A stretch of 64,000 nt of DNA. Origin: Octopus vulgaris. Its lineage: Eukaryota. Positions 1-14,790 of the stretch are shown here, piece after piece (within the stretch, counting starts at the first letter, position 1; each line of letters starts with the position of its first letter). The notes under the pieces are model-generated. The model was not told the DNA's origin. It saw only the letters and a list, made by a program, of their open reading frames with translations, and did not search any database. The stretch covers positions 34,720,001-34,784,000 of the forward strand of contig OX597830.1 of assembly GCA_951406725.2 (NCBI GenBank). Direction: 5' to 3'. Position numbers and translations under genes: made by a program.

Positions 1-469
1 TGGTTAATTTCACATAACATTATTGAACTTAGTTAAATAAATCCACGCAATTACTATATATTTAATGAGTCTGCTCAAATATTTTGAAAGGAGCTAACTA
101 ATGTATAATCTTGTAATATAAATTCAACCCAGTTTAATCTGGGGCCAAGATCTTTGCCAGGCCACTGTTTAGTATTAGACCGAAAATATTTGAGGAACAG
201 AAACGAACAGAATCAAATTTGTATATACAATGATTACATAATCACTAATTTTGTATATGAAATAAAATCTGTATCTCACTGATGAGAACGATAACACTAA
301 AAATATAACTAGTATAGTATCCCTTACACGCGGAGACAAAATTAAAATGCAGTGTTTATTTTTAAATAACACTTGCCTTTTTTTTCTTTTTATTATTTAT
401 TAAATTTGTTTCATATTTTGGCACAAACCCGAAAATTTTTATTAAATCGACCACTAGTACTTGTTTTAG

Positions 470-995
470 CGACACCGAAATTAGGAAAAGTAAAGTTGAT
501 CTCGGTGGAATCTGAATTGAAAACGTAAAAATCAGACGAAATGCCTCTATGCATTTCGCCCGGCGTGCTAACATTTCTTATTTCATTATTGCCCACAAGG
601 GGCTAAACATAGTGGGGACAACCATGGATAGACAATGGGATTAGGCCAATTACATTGACCCCAGTACTCAACTGGTACTTAATTTATCGACCCCGAAAGG
701 ATGAAAGGCAAATTCGACCTCGGCGGAATTTGAACTCAGAATGTAACGGCGGACGAAATACCTATTTCTTTACTGCCCACAAGGAGCTACACACAGAAGG
801 GACAAACAAGGACAGACAAACGGATTAAGTCGATTATATCGACACCAGTGCGTAACTGGTACTTATTTAATCAACCCCAAAAGGATGAAAGGCAAAGTCA
901 ACCTCGGCGGAATTTGAACTCAGAACGTAGCGGCAGACGAAATACCGCTAAGCATTTCGCCCGGCGTGCTAACAATTCTGCCAGCTCACCGCCTT
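470..995 (-). mobile_element. Tandem multimer of tRNA-derived SINE family B (about 3 units)
   Basis: Reverse complement repeats the head gagctggcagaattgttagcacgccgggcgaaatg, B-box gagttcaaattcc and core gcctttcatcctttcggggtcgataaattaagtaccag; same sequence at 11845, 42078, 58907. Confidence 0.85.
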
Positions 996-1924
996 TACGT
1001 ACTAATTATATCAACTCTAATTTAATGTACATACCTAAGAGCTCATTATCTGTGCAATTGCAGCATGTACACTATGCGGCTACTTCTTAAAAAGTGAAAA
1101 CTCAGAGGTGAGCGTTAGATATGAAATTCAATGACATCCCATTTCGAACCAGCAGTTTACTTCCCTCTTTATACGAGTTGGCCATTATGAATTTTGAACC
1201 GGTGGTTTCGATAATTTTGAGATCGAAAGATGAGCATACTCAAGCGTCATAATTAACCTACCACTGAGTTGTTCAATCTGCAATGTTTTGATTCCTATAA
1301 GAATAGGTTTCCATAAGATTCCTATAGTATAGTTCCCATATGGATACATGCTACTCTGAGCAAATCTTGAAGCTCTCAAGTGAAGTAAAAATATACTGAC
1401 GTTTAAAACATGTTTGTTGTTGCGCTGCTTCAGTTCAGCTCCGATCCAGCTCTTAACATCTTTTTCGTATATTTGGAAATGATTAAATTTTAACTTAGGG
1501 GAATTTGGCTTCTGTTTTTATTTTGCCTAGGATAGCTTCGACTTTGAAGGCTTATCTCAAATTTAACAGTTTTGCTTGATCGTTACGTCTATGTGCAACT
1601 AATGATCTAAAGAAGATTCATTTGAAATACTCTCGCTATTGTGGTTGTGTATTGTAGTGTTTGCCTTCATTGTTAATTAAAAAATCTTTGACCAGTGAAA
1701 AGCATTGCAACCCCTATATACATTATGCATTCAGGAACTGCATAATGTGATATATATATTCTTTTCCGATGGGCGTTTTTCGAAAAATATGTGGGTGTTG
1801 TTTCACGCAGGCCGTGCCACTGCCTACATTTCCGCGTTCGCTGATAATTCACCAGTAGTCGGTTCTCATCGAATAGCGCTATGTGATCAACAGCATCCCA
1901 ACCATAGCAATCTATCATCTATCT

Positions 1925-1956
1925 AGGTAATCTAGAGAAATTTCTCTGGATTACCT
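1925..1956. repeat. 32-bp near-perfect palindrome
   Basis: aggtaatctagagaaa|tttctctggattacct, one mismatch, no spacer. Confidence 0.85.
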
Positions 1957-3469
1957 TATATAATATTTTCATTTTTAAGGCGATATGACGAGAATTGTTG
2001 GCGTTTTCACAGCCCTTTTAAAAGATTCTGGTCATTTCTATAAGCACTTACTAAACACGTTTCTGAATATAGAACGATGAATCATTAATAATGGAGTTAT
2101 AAATCGTAGTTTTTCGATTACAAAATACATTACAAACCCAATGCACTTATAATACCACAAAACCGCATTTTATATTACCACAAAGCTAAATCTTATACTA
2201 CTACACGACCGTTTTAATTACTATATCTCAGAAATTGTAATTAAAACTAAACGCAAAATAAACAAATATATAAACAAATAATATAAATAAATATATAAAT
2301 ACACACACCAGACTTTTCCCCAATGTAAAATATTGATCACCGTTTTGATCGGCAATTTTTAAACCATTAAACCAGTGTTTTGAAACTATTAAAATAAAGA
2401 TTAATAGTCTATAAAAATACTAACACCATAGAAGTATTGTGTTGTTGTTGTTATTGTTATTATTGTTACTGTTATGGCTAATTTTATTGGTTTTTGTATT
2501 TAAAAAAAAACGTCATTATGTGTGAGATAAACCAATAACCACCACAGGTCAGGAGGAGTAAGAAATGGTTTTGGGGATGGAAATAAAATGAAAAGGGCAA
2601 AATATCGATATTTGTTATTGATCTTCGACACTCAAATACTAGTAACGTTGTTTGTAAAATGGCAAAAGGATGCATTATTAAAAGGCGAAAAATATCGAAA
2701 CATAAAACAAAGCACATTCACCAGGGCTCTTCTTTGCATTTCAACTCCCCTCAAGAGGAAACAAATTAAGAAGCAAAAACGAACTATGTCGATTTAAAAA
2801 TTTAGTTGGCGGATAATGTGAAGAAGCACGTAGCATGGGCTGTACTTTGTATTTGTTATTGGTGGATATATTTAAGCTTATACCCAGTTCACATCACCGT
2901 TCTTCCTGAGTATGACTAGTGGAATCTACTCTGATGAAAAATTACGTGCCAGTTCTCAATTTCGGTTTGAAGAATTTCGAAGAGGCCGCAAAATGTCGTG
3001 TTTGTTGACGCTTCTTGTCTGAATAAGCAAGAAAAATAAGCAAAAGGTGATGATAATTTTGCAGAGAAACATGTATACCCATAAATTTCTTAAACTTATG
3101 TTTATATATAGATTAGGGGTACCGAAAAGTAATGTATTTTCAAGCAAATAGTCTGAAGCCATTTTACAAAACAGTTTGAAAAGCCAATAACGGCGTTCTT
3201 GTAATCAATCGGCGTAGAGTAAATGGCTTAACGTTAATGCGGACACGCGTTGTGTGTATATATACTATATCTGAGAGGCCATTGAAGGCAAGAACTTTTA
3301 GTAAGCTGTATATTTGGCATTGCATGCTTTTCATGTTATGTAAGGGCAACAACGGAATGCGTGCAAGGGAAACATGTATTGTATATCTTGAGGGTGTGTG
3401 TCCTGAAATATCAAAGGGGATTTAACAAATTTTTAAAATGGTGTTCCGATCTTTTGAATGGGTATCGAT

Positions 3470-3640
3470 CAAGAAGAGCATCAGGTCAGCCACTATGAAG
3501 CAGATACAATCCAGCTATGACCATTCCGCCTTTTTCTAAGTACATTCAGCCCAGATTGACATTATTCAATCCGTGTGTTTTTAAGGTGATGAAATGAAAT
3601 TTGAGAGAGATGTGGCTAACTATTCCTCTTTCATTGTTCT
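3470..3640 (+). mobile_element. Old, decayed interspersed repeat family E (representative copy)
   Basis: Motifs resembling ttccagccatgaccatc and tttgagagagatttggctgctatttctagc recur degenerately near 1500, 4375, 7250, 8570(-), 11770(-), 14230(-), 34410(-), 42735, 55800, 58440, 59165. Confidence 0.55.
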
Positions 3641-3888
3641 GAGATTGTTTAATAGAAGTTAAATGTAATCCTAGACCAAGAGATCAAATCTACAAACACA
3701 TTTCGTTCCCTTCATGAGCCAGACACAATATTCTACATAGTAGTAGTAGTGGGGGCGGGGGTCGTCGTCATCGTTGTCGCGGTAGAAGCAGTCGTGATTG
3801 AAGTCTCTCTCGTTGATGGTGCTGCTGTGGCTTAACTTCATATCTAGGCGAATTGATCAAAAACTAGGATCATAGGTTTTTTCCGTAT

Positions 3889-4304
3889 AGGCGCAAGAGT
3901 GGCTGTGTGGTAAGTAGCTTGCTTACCAGCCACATGGTTCCGGGTTCATTCTCACTGCATGGCACCTTCGGCAAGTGCATTCTACTATATAGCCTCGGGC
4001 CGATCAAAGCCTTGTGAGTGGATTTAGTAAACGGAAACTGAAAGAAGCCCGTCGTATATATATATTATGTATGTATATGTGTATACGTTTGTGTGTCTGT
4101 TTGCCCCCCGCAACATCGCTTGACAACCGGTGCTGGTGTGTTTACGTCCCCGTAACTTAGCGGTTCGGCAAAAGAAACCGATAGAATAAGTAGTAGGCTT
4201 ACAAAGAATAAGTCCTGGGGTCAATTTGCTCGACTAAAGGCGGTGCTCCAGCATAGCCACTGTCAAATAACTGAAACGAGTAAAAGAGTAAAAAAAGAGT
4301 AAAG
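3889..4304 (+). mobile_element. tRNA-derived CORE-like SINE family A, full length
   Basis: A-box tggctgtgtgg, B-box-like ggttcattctc, CORE-like ggcaccttcggcaagtg, internal (TA)/(TG) tract, tail gactaaaggcggtgctccagc...gaaacgagtaaaagag. Confidence 0.9.
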
Positions 4305-4704
4305 ATTATATGCTGGGAATCAAGGATTATATTATTCGGCGGGTTCTTTTCGGAAATGGAGAGCAATGTAATCTGAGAGAAATCTGATTGCTATTTCTAG
4401 TCAATTTAGCAACTGCACAGAGGCTCTTTCGTTGACTCGAATACAAGCCACTCATAAAATGTGGTTTATGCTTACTCTATAAAGATTCTCTTATCAAATT
4501 TGACCCATCACTAAATAAGTGACCCACCACAGTTACATTCCCCTCTTAATATTCTCAATATAGTTGAGACTAATTTTCGTCCTACAACCCATAAATTTAT
4601 CGACGACAAATATATAGGGCCCTTTAAATCAAAGATATTCTCCCTAAAATTTTCACCATGTGTGTTATATTAGCTTCAACTTTTTGGCACAAAAAGGCGA
4701 CCAT

Positions 4705-5117
4705 AGGCGCAGGAGTGGCTGTGTGGTAAGTAGCTTGCTAACCAGCCACATGGTTCCGGGTTCAGTCCCACTGCGTGGCATCTTGGACAAGTGTCTTCTG
4801 CTATAGCCCCGGGCCGACCAATGCCTTGTGAGTGGATTTGGTAGACGGAAACTGAAAGAATCCTGTCGTATATATGTATATATATATATGCGGGTGTTTG
4901 TGTGTCTGTGTTTGTCCCCCTAGCATTGCTTGACAACCGATGCTGGTGTGTTTACGTCCCCGTCACTTAGCGGTTCGGCAAAAGAGACCGATAGAATAAG
5001 TACTGGGCTTACAAAAGAATAAGTCTCGGGGTCGAGTTGCTCCATTAAAGGCGGTGCTCCAGCATGGCCGCAGTCAAATGACTGAAACAAGTAAAAGAGT
5101 AAAAGAGTAAAGAGTAA
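4705..5117 (+). mobile_element. SINE family A, full length
   Basis: Near-identical to 3889-4304; B-box ggttcagtccc; (gagtaaaa)n tail. Confidence 0.9.
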
Positions 5118-5124
5118 ATCTCAG

Positions 5125-5285
5125 GAGAGGGGATATGTCGATTACACACACCCCAGTGTTTAATTGGTACTTATTTTTATCGACCCCGTAAGGATGAAAG
5201 GTAAAGTCGACCCCGGTGGCACTTGAACTCAGAACGTAAGGTCGGACGAAATACCGCTATGCATTTTGCTCTGCCAGTTCGCCGC
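5125..5285 (-). mobile_element. SINE family B, partial
   Basis: ggtacttatttttatcgaccccgtaaggatgaaaggtaaagtcgacc is the reverse complement of the family B core. Confidence 0.75.
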
Positions 5286-5599
5286 TTTAAACCATGTATA
5301 TTACATTGCCGTTCATATAACATCTCCCCCTATCTTTTGTCTACAATGATTGGAAAGGTAAAAACTAAAAATCTTTTGTTGAACAGGAAAACATTCGCCA
5401 TTCCCTTTGTAAATTGCCTTGCTAAATACGATAATATCTTAGATACTACGATATATCTTAGATATTACGATATCTTAATGCTGAATATAATTTCGAAATT
5501 AAATTAATTTGCACTGGAAAGAGGCTTCTGCATAAATGGTGCTCCAACATGGCCGCAGCTCTCGAGCTCAAACTCGCAAAAGTAAAGGGATATGATAAA

Positions 5600-5980
5600 A
5601 AGCTTGCTTCCCAACCACATGGTTCTGGGTTCAGCCCCACAGCGTGGAATCTTGGGCAAGTATCTTCTACTATATAGCCTCGAGCCGACCAAAGTCTTGT
5701 GAGTGGATTTGGTAGACGGAAACAAAGAAGCCCGTCGTGTATTTAAATGTAGATATATTTATGTGTATGTGTCTTTGTGTGTGTGTTTGTCACCCCCCTC
5801 CCCGTCATCACTTGACAACCAATGTTTGGGTGATTATGTCACCGAAACTTTGCGGTTCGGCAAAAGAGACCGATAGAACAAGTACCAGGCTAACAAAGAA
5901 TAAGTCTTGGGATCAACTTCTTGGATTGAAGGCGGTCCTCAAGTATGGCCGCAGTCAAATGACAAACATGTAAAAAAGTA
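5600..5980 (+). mobile_element. SINE family A
   Basis: aagcttgcttcccaaccacatggttctgggttcagcccc...ggccgcagtcaaatgac. Confidence 0.85.
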
Positions 5981-5981
5981 A

Positions 5982-6165
5982 AATATATATATATATATGT
6001 ATAAATACATATATATGTATGTATATATACATACATATGTGTGCGTGTATATATATATACATATATATACATACGCATATGTGCGTGTATATATATATAT
6101 ACATATATATACATACACACATACGTGTGCGTGTATATATATATATATACAGACATGTGTGCGTG

Positions 6166-6220
<55 letters not shown>
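5982..6220. repeat. (TA)n/(CA)n compound microsatellite
   Basis: Direct reading; source of the spurious YIYI ORFs. Confidence 0.95.
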
Positions 6221-8791
6221 GAAAAGGACGTTAGGGAAGGAGCCTTGTAGTGATCTTTCAGACAGAAGGAAATAACAGTCACTAAATCATCCTCAAACAA
6301 TGCACTAGTGTCTTTAAAAAGTGAACGCGTAAAATAATGAACTACCAGACATCCTTAGAAAGCAAATGACCACGAGAATAACGCCTTTGATCGCACGTCT
6401 GGTCGACCACAACTGAACTCTTAGCAAAACAAAAACAATAACTCGACAACAACAACAGTAGCAGTAGGCAGGGCAAGAAGAAAACCTTTGGTAATAGAGA
6501 CCAATGGAAAATATAATTAAAGGACAATGGATAAATTGTTTCATTTAGTGTCCGCGTTAATCGATTCATTTCGAAATTTTTAATAAATGCAAACCAAAAT
6601 CATTTCAACATGGAAAAGAAAACAAAACAAATAAAAAAAAATACACTACTATAGCACGAATAATAGCTTCAACAAAAACACGACCATCATCAATAGTAAT
6701 AAGAACAATAAAAAAACAATAGGATCAAGAGCAAAAACAGATATTATTAAAAAAGAAACAGACAAAAAAATAAAGAAAAATAATAAATTGCACCAATAAA
6801 CACAAAGAGAAAATGGCCGTCATTTCATTTTTCTTTGATATAAAAAAATATAATTTTTAAAAAAAAATAGCCATGACAATAATCAATAAGCTATAAAAAA
6901 TTTAAATGAAAATATTAATAACAAGACAAACGGAGGGCCGTCATTTGGCAGGATTGCGTTTTGTTATCGTGAGGAGGTGGAGCTCTCTGTATAATAGTCA
7001 CAGTTGAATAGTTATAGCTTGGGGAGGTTGATACGGTTTAATGCACATTTTGAACTCCTGCAGACTTGAGGTTGGAGAGAAAAATTGATCAGAGCATAGT
7101 TACAGTTATTAATATAAGGAGAAAAAATACGTCGAGTCTGCTATGGTGTGTTGGCGAGGACAAGGAATAAAAATATATATAAGATGCGAGGTCAATGAGT
7201 GGAGGAGTGTAGTTACTGTTAGCTCTAATTGAGCAGAAGTATGATCAAAGACATTCCAACCACGACCAGCACTCTTCCTTTCAGATACATGTACAGTATC
7301 CCTTTTTATGACAGAACATGATATAAATAATATTTAGCTGTAATTTCTCGTATTCTAAGGAAGTGGTTTGTAGTAGTGACTGATCGGCATAAGAGAAAGT
7401 TGAATTAACTTTGGAATAATGGTTTACCAGGCTGCAAGACAAAAGTTTGGAATCGGTAGAGTGACACAAAATGCCTTTGCGTTCTGAATATGAATTTTGC
7501 CGATGTTCATTTTGCGCTCTATCCCTCCATAAAAGTATACTAAAGCTTCTTCAATTTACTGTAATCACCTCTTCAAAATGTGTGATTTATGATAGATTCC
7601 AGTGCTTATTGGGAAACTCATGTTGATTGGGACATCAAAATAAATTTGATTCAATTTTCAGTCCAAAATCACTTCATTTTTCAAAAATACTCCGTTTTTA
7701 TCCTTTAAAAGAGCTTAAAATAAAACATTATTTACACATCTACCAATATAGATTTCGAGATAGATAATACTGAAAAAATATATATATAAACTGATTGCAG
7801 TACTAGTAGCCAGCGTGTGAACCAATACAAACGTGATCTGCTATCAGATCCCCTTTTTGCGGTTTCTCAGCTTGCCAGAGAGAGAAACAATATGTCGCAT
7901 AATTCACACAGTAACCAATGTATTCTTTGATATACAAAAGTAATGTACGCTCACAGTACAAACGGTCGGTGCTGACCTAAGGCAAAACAATAATACATAC
8001 ACCCAAAACCCTTCAAATCTATGTTTAAAATAAAGCGTACTGAAAATATGGTTAGAAATAATTATCTGGGGAGATAGACATACAATCAGACCAATAGAGA
8101 AGTAGGTAGACGGATGGTCAAATGTTAAGATATATAAAATGGGGAACATGAAAAGGCTAACTGCGAATATAATTGTATGGGGTGAGACAATTGAACGAAG
8201 TTAGCATTGATCACAATGCATGACATATTTACGCGACAAAGAATGTGCCTTTACGTGAAGGCTTGACCAAAAATACCAGAAACAACAGCCATATCAACCT
8301 CGGCTCAAAATCCCTTCATCTTAGAAAGGGAGATTTTGGATAATGTGATTCTGAGTTCACTTTATACAGGAAAGTGTGTATGAAGGAATCGCGGCTGGAA
8401 TGCCGTTGGTCATTGGTCTACTCGACCAGCAACACTACAACAAAACAATAACAACTAAAGTAATGTAGAATGTGTTTTGCTAAAGAGCAGAACGTTATGA
8501 GAAAGCAGATTGGAATTCATGACATTTGGTCACTAGCAGATATCAAGCAAAGCAGTTCGACTTGCTACAAATAGCAGCAACGTCTCCCTCAAATAATTTT
8601 CTATTAAAATTGAATGTATGTGTGTGTGTGTGTGTGTATGTGTGCGTGGACTAAAGCCGAGTTACAGATGGAACCAATTTTCATACCAAAATCAACTTAG
8701 CATGAAGATGGTCTGACATATGGTGCAGACTGGATACACCTGACAGACATTGTAAAACAGTTCAAGAATGGCTGTTCAGTCTAACTTCCGA

Positions 8792-8853
<62 letters not shown>

Positions 8854-9019
8854 TAATAATAATAATGAATTTTTCTAATATAGGTACGGACTGCTGCGCG
8901 TTACATTAACCTTAGTATTTGACAATATTCTGTTTATTATGATTATTTCATCTATCTATCTGTCGGTTTCTTTGACTAAATATCGGTCTATCTTTTTTCT
9001 CTTCTTTCTTTCTATCTCT

Positions 9020-9346
9020 AACTGGCATTCCGTCAGTTACGACGACGAGTGATGTAGTTGATCCAAACAGCAAAGCAGACTGCTCGTGCAATAAATGTGG
9101 GAAATGGCTGAGTACTCAACAGACACGCCTCCTTTGATGTAGTCTCTCGGTGACAGTCAACGGGACACGGAAAATGACAAAGTCGGCACTTTGAAATACA
9201 GGTATTACTTGTTTTCGCCAGTTGAGTGGACAGAAGCAAGATGAAATAGTGTTCTAGCTCAAGGGCACAACGACACAACACAACGCGTTGCCGGGAATCG
9301 AACTCGCGCCCTTACGCTCGTGAGAAAAATATTCTAACCACTAAGC
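9020..9346 (-). mobile_element. tRNA-derived SINE family C
   Basis: Minus strand reads cttagtggttag...gagttcgattcccgg (A/B boxes) then cccttgagc...ccactcaactggcgaaaac; related copies at 13478(+), 44790(-), 54690(-). Confidence 0.75.
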
Positions 9347-9559
9347 ATGTATGTGTGTGTGTGTGTGTGTGTGTGTACATTTACATTCACACACCCACGT
9401 ACACTTGTATACGTGCACACATGACTATGAACAGAAGCAGCTACGTTGACGGTTTGACTAATTGATGCTTAACGCGGTATTTATGCGTTATATATGGAAA
9501 AAATATATATACATATATTTTCATTATGTACGTATGAATATATTCATATCTTTGTATAT

Positions 9560-9644
9560 ATTACGTCTATACATAAACACACACACACATATATGCATAC
9601 ATATACGTATTTGTGTATATAATTTATCACGTGTGTACATATAC

Positions 9645-9714
<70 letters not shown>

Positions 9715-9902
9715 ATATATATATTCATACGCATTTTCTCGTTTATCAGTATTGTGATCTATATTTTAATCTCTCAGAATATGTATACATGCTTATATGA
9801 ATAAAAATATGCATGAGTGAGTCTGTGCGTGTGTGTGTGTGTGTCTGTAGGGTGGATGTATATGTGTGCGTGCATGTGTTTAATTTATGCATGTACACAT
9901 GC

Positions 9903-9972
<70 letters not shown>

Positions 9973-11005
9973 ATATATATATATATATATACACATACAT
10001 ACATATATATACATATGTGTGAATGTGTTTGTGCGTGTGTATGTGTTTAAATTATGTACGTATATATATATATATGCGTGTGTGTATGTAGGTTCATATT
10101 CATTGTCTTCCCCTCATCTAATTAATCGAGAAAATACGCTCTTACCATTGGCATATATGTATGCATACATGTACATATATTTGAATGCGCACATATGTAT
10201 GCGTGTATATATGCATACATACATCATACATACATACATGTAATTCTTACTACCCCCACCTCCAATAAACCTAGAAAATATGCTTTACTATCTCTGCTAC
10301 TCATTATTGTTTGATTAGAAAGTGTAGGTCACATGTTAATGATAATTATAGAGATTAAGTTAATCTTTATAATCAAAGAGCTCTTTGAATCTCAAACAGT
10401 CTTGCAATTACAAATACATTTCATTCTTTGTTTTATTTATAAATGAACCAGAATGGCAAGCTGGGATGTATGTAAGATGCTGTGTACGTAGGTAGGTATG
10501 TACGGATGTAGGTAGGGAGGTAGTTAGGTAGGTGAGTGGATGGATAGGCGGTGGCGGAGATAGGTTGGTATGTTGTTTGGTAGGTCAATGGATAGATTGA
10601 AATATCGATAGACAGGATAGATATACATGCAAGGAAAATTATGTATATACGTGTGTTAGGGTGTGTGTGTGTGTTCGTGCGTGCGTATATTAAGAAGCTA
10701 GATAGATCGAGACTTATGGGAAGATAAATATATATGCACACATACACATATACGTAATATATATATGTATGTATATATGCACACACATATATATATATAT
10801 ACATATATATATATTATATACATATAAATTTATATATACGTTTATATATGTGAGTATATATATATGTACATATGCACACATACATACGTGTTTATATGTG
10901 CGTATACATATATATATATGCACATATACACACATATATACATATGCTTATATGTACGTAAACATGTATTCAAATATATACATATATATATGTATATATA
11001 TATAT

Positions 11006-11054
<49 letters not shown>

Positions 11055-11236
11055 CAAGATCGAGAGATAGCCAGATAGATATAAAAGGTGAGATAAGAAA
11101 AGGTGAAGAAAGTGTGATAATTAGAATAGATGTATAGGTCGTTCGGAGATTGCTTGATGGAATTCGAGTGAAAGGTGTTGAATGGGAAGTCGTGTCGTAG
11201 CGGATAAAAAGCCAGTCACGAAGAGAGGGAGCGATT

Positions 11237-11318
<82 letters not shown>

Positions 11319-11320
11319 AT
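9560..11320. repeat. Compound microsatellite field ((TA)n, (TG)n, (TCTA)n, (GATA)n)
   Basis: Direct reading. Confidence 0.9.
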
Positions 11321-11844
11321 GATTTCGATGAAAGATTGTAAAAATAGAAAAAATGCTGGAGCGAAAGATAAAGTGAAAGTGGAAAAGGAAATATTGAAGG
11401 GGAGATTAAAAGTAACGGTAGAAGGATATATATTTGGTTTGCCAGGGAAACCAAGTGAAGAAGAAGTGGAGTGAATTATAGCATGAGAATATGTGTGTAT
11501 GAGGGAAGAAAAGAGAAACGTGCGTAGGGGAAATGCTAAGAGAGTTATGTATGGTAAGAGAAAGGAAGACAAGCATATTGGAAAGACACTGAGAGAGAAG
11601 TTGAAAGAAAAATGTAGATGGATGTATTCAGAAAGGGTTGCGGGGGTTAATTAAGAGAGACAAAACAGCGCGACACGCAGACTGACTTAACTCGATGAAG
11701 GACTCAGACCAAATCGTTCGGTCCCTAGTTCATCGAAAGATACCTTCAAGTTGTTAGAAGTAGTAGCAAAAATAGTCCTCAAATTATATATTAACGTACT
11801 GTTGTTAAATTTAGCTCATGTAACAGCGGATTTATAATAATGCA

Positions 11845-12004
11845 GGCGGCGAGCTGGCAGAAACGTTAGCACACCGGGCGAAATGCTTAGCGGTATTTCG
11901 TCTGCCGTTACGTTCTGGGTTCAAATTCCACCAAGGTCGACTTTGCCTTTCATCCTTTCGGGGTCGATAAATTATGTAAATAAATATATATTTATGTATG
12001 CATG

Positions 12005-12036
<32 letters not shown>

Positions 12037-12195
12037 GGGGGGTATAGATATATATATAAAATTTTTCATCCTTTCGGGGTCGATAAATTAAGTACCAGTT
12101 ACGCACTGGGGTCGATGTAATCGACTTAATCCCTTTGTCTGTCCTTGTTTGTACCCTCTGTGTTTAGCCCCTCGTGGGTAGTAAAGAAATATATA
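11845..12195 (+). mobile_element. SINE family B with internal partial duplication and (TA)n interruption
   Basis: ggcggcgagctggcagaaacgttagc...; the core tttcatcctttcggggtcgataaatta occurs at ~11948 and again at ~12064. Confidence 0.85.
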
Positions 12196-12989
12196 ATAAT
12201 GCAGTAGAGGAAGAATGATCTTAGGGAAACCGGATACAATGATAGAATTAACCATTAGAGACAGGAGAATCACTAAATTACATAGTAAGAAGAGAGATTC
12301 AAAACAGCAATGGAATTGTTGAAGCCGGATGTAGAAGCGAAATTGACAAACAGTGACAGAACAATCAAAGAATTTGCCAAATGTAGAACGGCAAAAATTA
12401 GAAAAACACAACAAATTATACAGACATACACATATAGACAGATAGATAGAAACATAAGAGAAACAAACGGAATGAAACCACTAGTTTTAGTAGTGTTTAT
12501 TTGTCCGAAGGCAATGACTTGATTGTCACCGTTTTGCTTTTAATGTGCGAATGCGTTCGTTTATGTGATACACAGAAGCAAAACATTGGGATTATCTGAA
12601 GAAAATAGTTAGCATAGAACACAAATAAGCTTTTCTCTTCCTCTGTCACATTCTCCATTATATCTTTTATTCATTTTAGTATTTTATTTTGCCTAAATAT
12701 TTCAAAATATTTTTCGATTATACATTTTACTTTTTTCTTTAAGACCTTTCTTCCTTTCTTTAATTACAATCTTGTCTTGTTTTTCTCGTTTTTCTTTCTC
12801 TTCTCTCTCTCGTTTTCTCTCTTCTTTCTGTAATTTTCTCTTCCCTTTCTTTTTATCTTGTTTCTTCGTGACATTTAATCTCTCTCAATCTTTTGCATTC
12901 TTTCTAGTCCCCTCTCAAAATACCTATAAAATGTCTCGCCATCTATCCGACTTTAGATTTTAGCACTCAGTAAGATAATGCAATAGACT

Positions 12990-13260
12990 TCCCCGATGAT
13001 TCGTTGAGGAAAAGAAGCCAGTTGTTCCTCAGATATCAAATGAACAGTTCTAAAGAACGACAATGATGAAACACATGTAATAACAAACGATATAAATTTT
13101 ATCGAAGTTCCTTCTACGATTGCGTTATATATCATAGCACTGAGTAAAGCTGTCGCTAAACTACTAAGCTTCAAACAAACTGGATGAGGATAATACGATA
13201 CATGAAGCTCTAAATTCATCAACCACAGTCGTACATCTAACGGTGCATACAAGATATACT
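12990..13260 (+). pseudogene. Highly decayed RT fragment, possibly R4/Dong-type LINE
   Basis: Manual + strand translation YIIALSKAVAKLLSFKQTG*G*...INHSRTSNGAYKIY loosely resembles the FcialnPls.lL...gyGy...inHLlYmDDlKLY region of RLE-LINE RTs; multiple stops. Confidence 0.3.
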
Positions 13261-13477
13261 ATATATCGCTAACGGTTCTGCCAGCTTACTCTCTCGTATA
13301 GAGTAATGCGCATGCGCGCACGCACACTCACCCTACCAAAGCAAACAAATTCACACGCAAATGTAATTGCCATCGATTCTTTCTTTCCAAAAGTGTTTTT
13401 ACAACTGGCCCCCTCCAAAAATTCGGGCCTGGTGCCTAGAGGAGAAAATGTTTGACAAATCTAAAACCTGGAGTGAT

Positions 13478-13690
13478 GGCACCTGGCTTAGTGGTTAGAG
13501 TATTGGATTTGTGATAGTAATATTGCGTTTCGATTCCTGGTCCGGGCTGTGAGTTGTGTTCTTGAGCAAAGCTCTTCAGTTCACGTTGCTCCAATCCACT
13601 CAGCTGACCAAAATGAGTAATCCTGTGCCGGACCGTCCTTGTCCAAAGAGGAATATATATGTCAAAGAAACCGGAAATTCGGTTATATGA
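13478..13690 (+). mobile_element. SINE family C
   Basis: tggcttagtggttag (A box), gtttcgattcctgg (B box), ttcttgagcaaa...ccactcagctg. Confidence 0.7.
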
Positions 13691-14699
13691 TCCTTACGAT
13701 ACAACGCGGACTAACCACAAAATCTCTCATAAACGGATTGAATAATTAATCAGTATCTCAAGATAAATTTCTTTACTGTTATTTTGCGTGACATTATTCC
13801 ATCTTGAAATCTCGCTTGGTTTGGTCAAATGACAGAACTTCCTTCGTGTCAATGTACAAGCGAAGTAGAGTTAATAGCGACATTTTAAACCGCCTCAAGC
13901 ATCTAACAACATACATGTATCATAAGCCAACGAGAAAATCTCTAAACAGTTGTTCGATCAAATATTCCTTAAATTTCACAGTAACAAAATTACACAAGAT
14001 ACTAGATTTCTTTATATGTCTCAGTAGAAGAGTTGAGATGGCCACAGTCGGACTGTCTCTAATCATGAATATTTCACTAAGCCACTAGAACATGATGGAC
14101 ATTAAACGAGACGATATGGAGAATATTTCGTATGTCCTTCCTCTCGAGGAAAATTGATAAACACATCACATTTATCTTAATTATGTATGTTAATCTGTAG
14201 CAATTATGTATGTCACTTGACCTTCTAGAAATACCAATGAAATCTCCTCAGAGCCGAACAACTAAAGTGCTAGATATATATAAATATATCTGATCTTTGA
14301 CCCTAAATGGATCGGCCTGCTATAAGAGGTCTTCTCTATTATGTTCTTGCTGATTTTAAACAACAGTAGTACTGATTAGCCCAATGACAACAGAGAGATT
14401 AACAACACAAGAATAAACTACATTGGGGGCAGTATAACAGCTGTTGGTATTACTGCTGTAATTGCATTAGTAACAAGAACAGCAGCAGTGTCGGCGTTGG
14501 TTCGATAACTACTATATCCATTATTAATAGCTGTAGCCACCATAATTAGACCACCAAGCAGGACTTTAATAACGAAAAGAACAGAACCACAAACAATTAC
14601 TATTATTAATCTTATTAATATGACAACTACCAGTTAGCCAACATCAGGCGCACCCACGTATACACTCGCACATGCACACACAATCTTTCAAACATATAT

Positions 14700-14734
14700 A
14701 CATGTGAAGGTGAATGTATGTATGTATTTACATA

Positions 14735-14790
<56 letters not shown>

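Noticed and set aside
277-310. CTGATGA as a hammerhead core
   Set aside because: No stem II-GAAA-UH arrangement follows; the same holds for hits near 2931, 12597, 27714 and 50076.
470-995. CRISPR-like repeat-spacer array
   Set aside because: Units are ~200-bp SINE monomers in a eukaryotic context, with no constant short repeats, unique spacers or cas genes.
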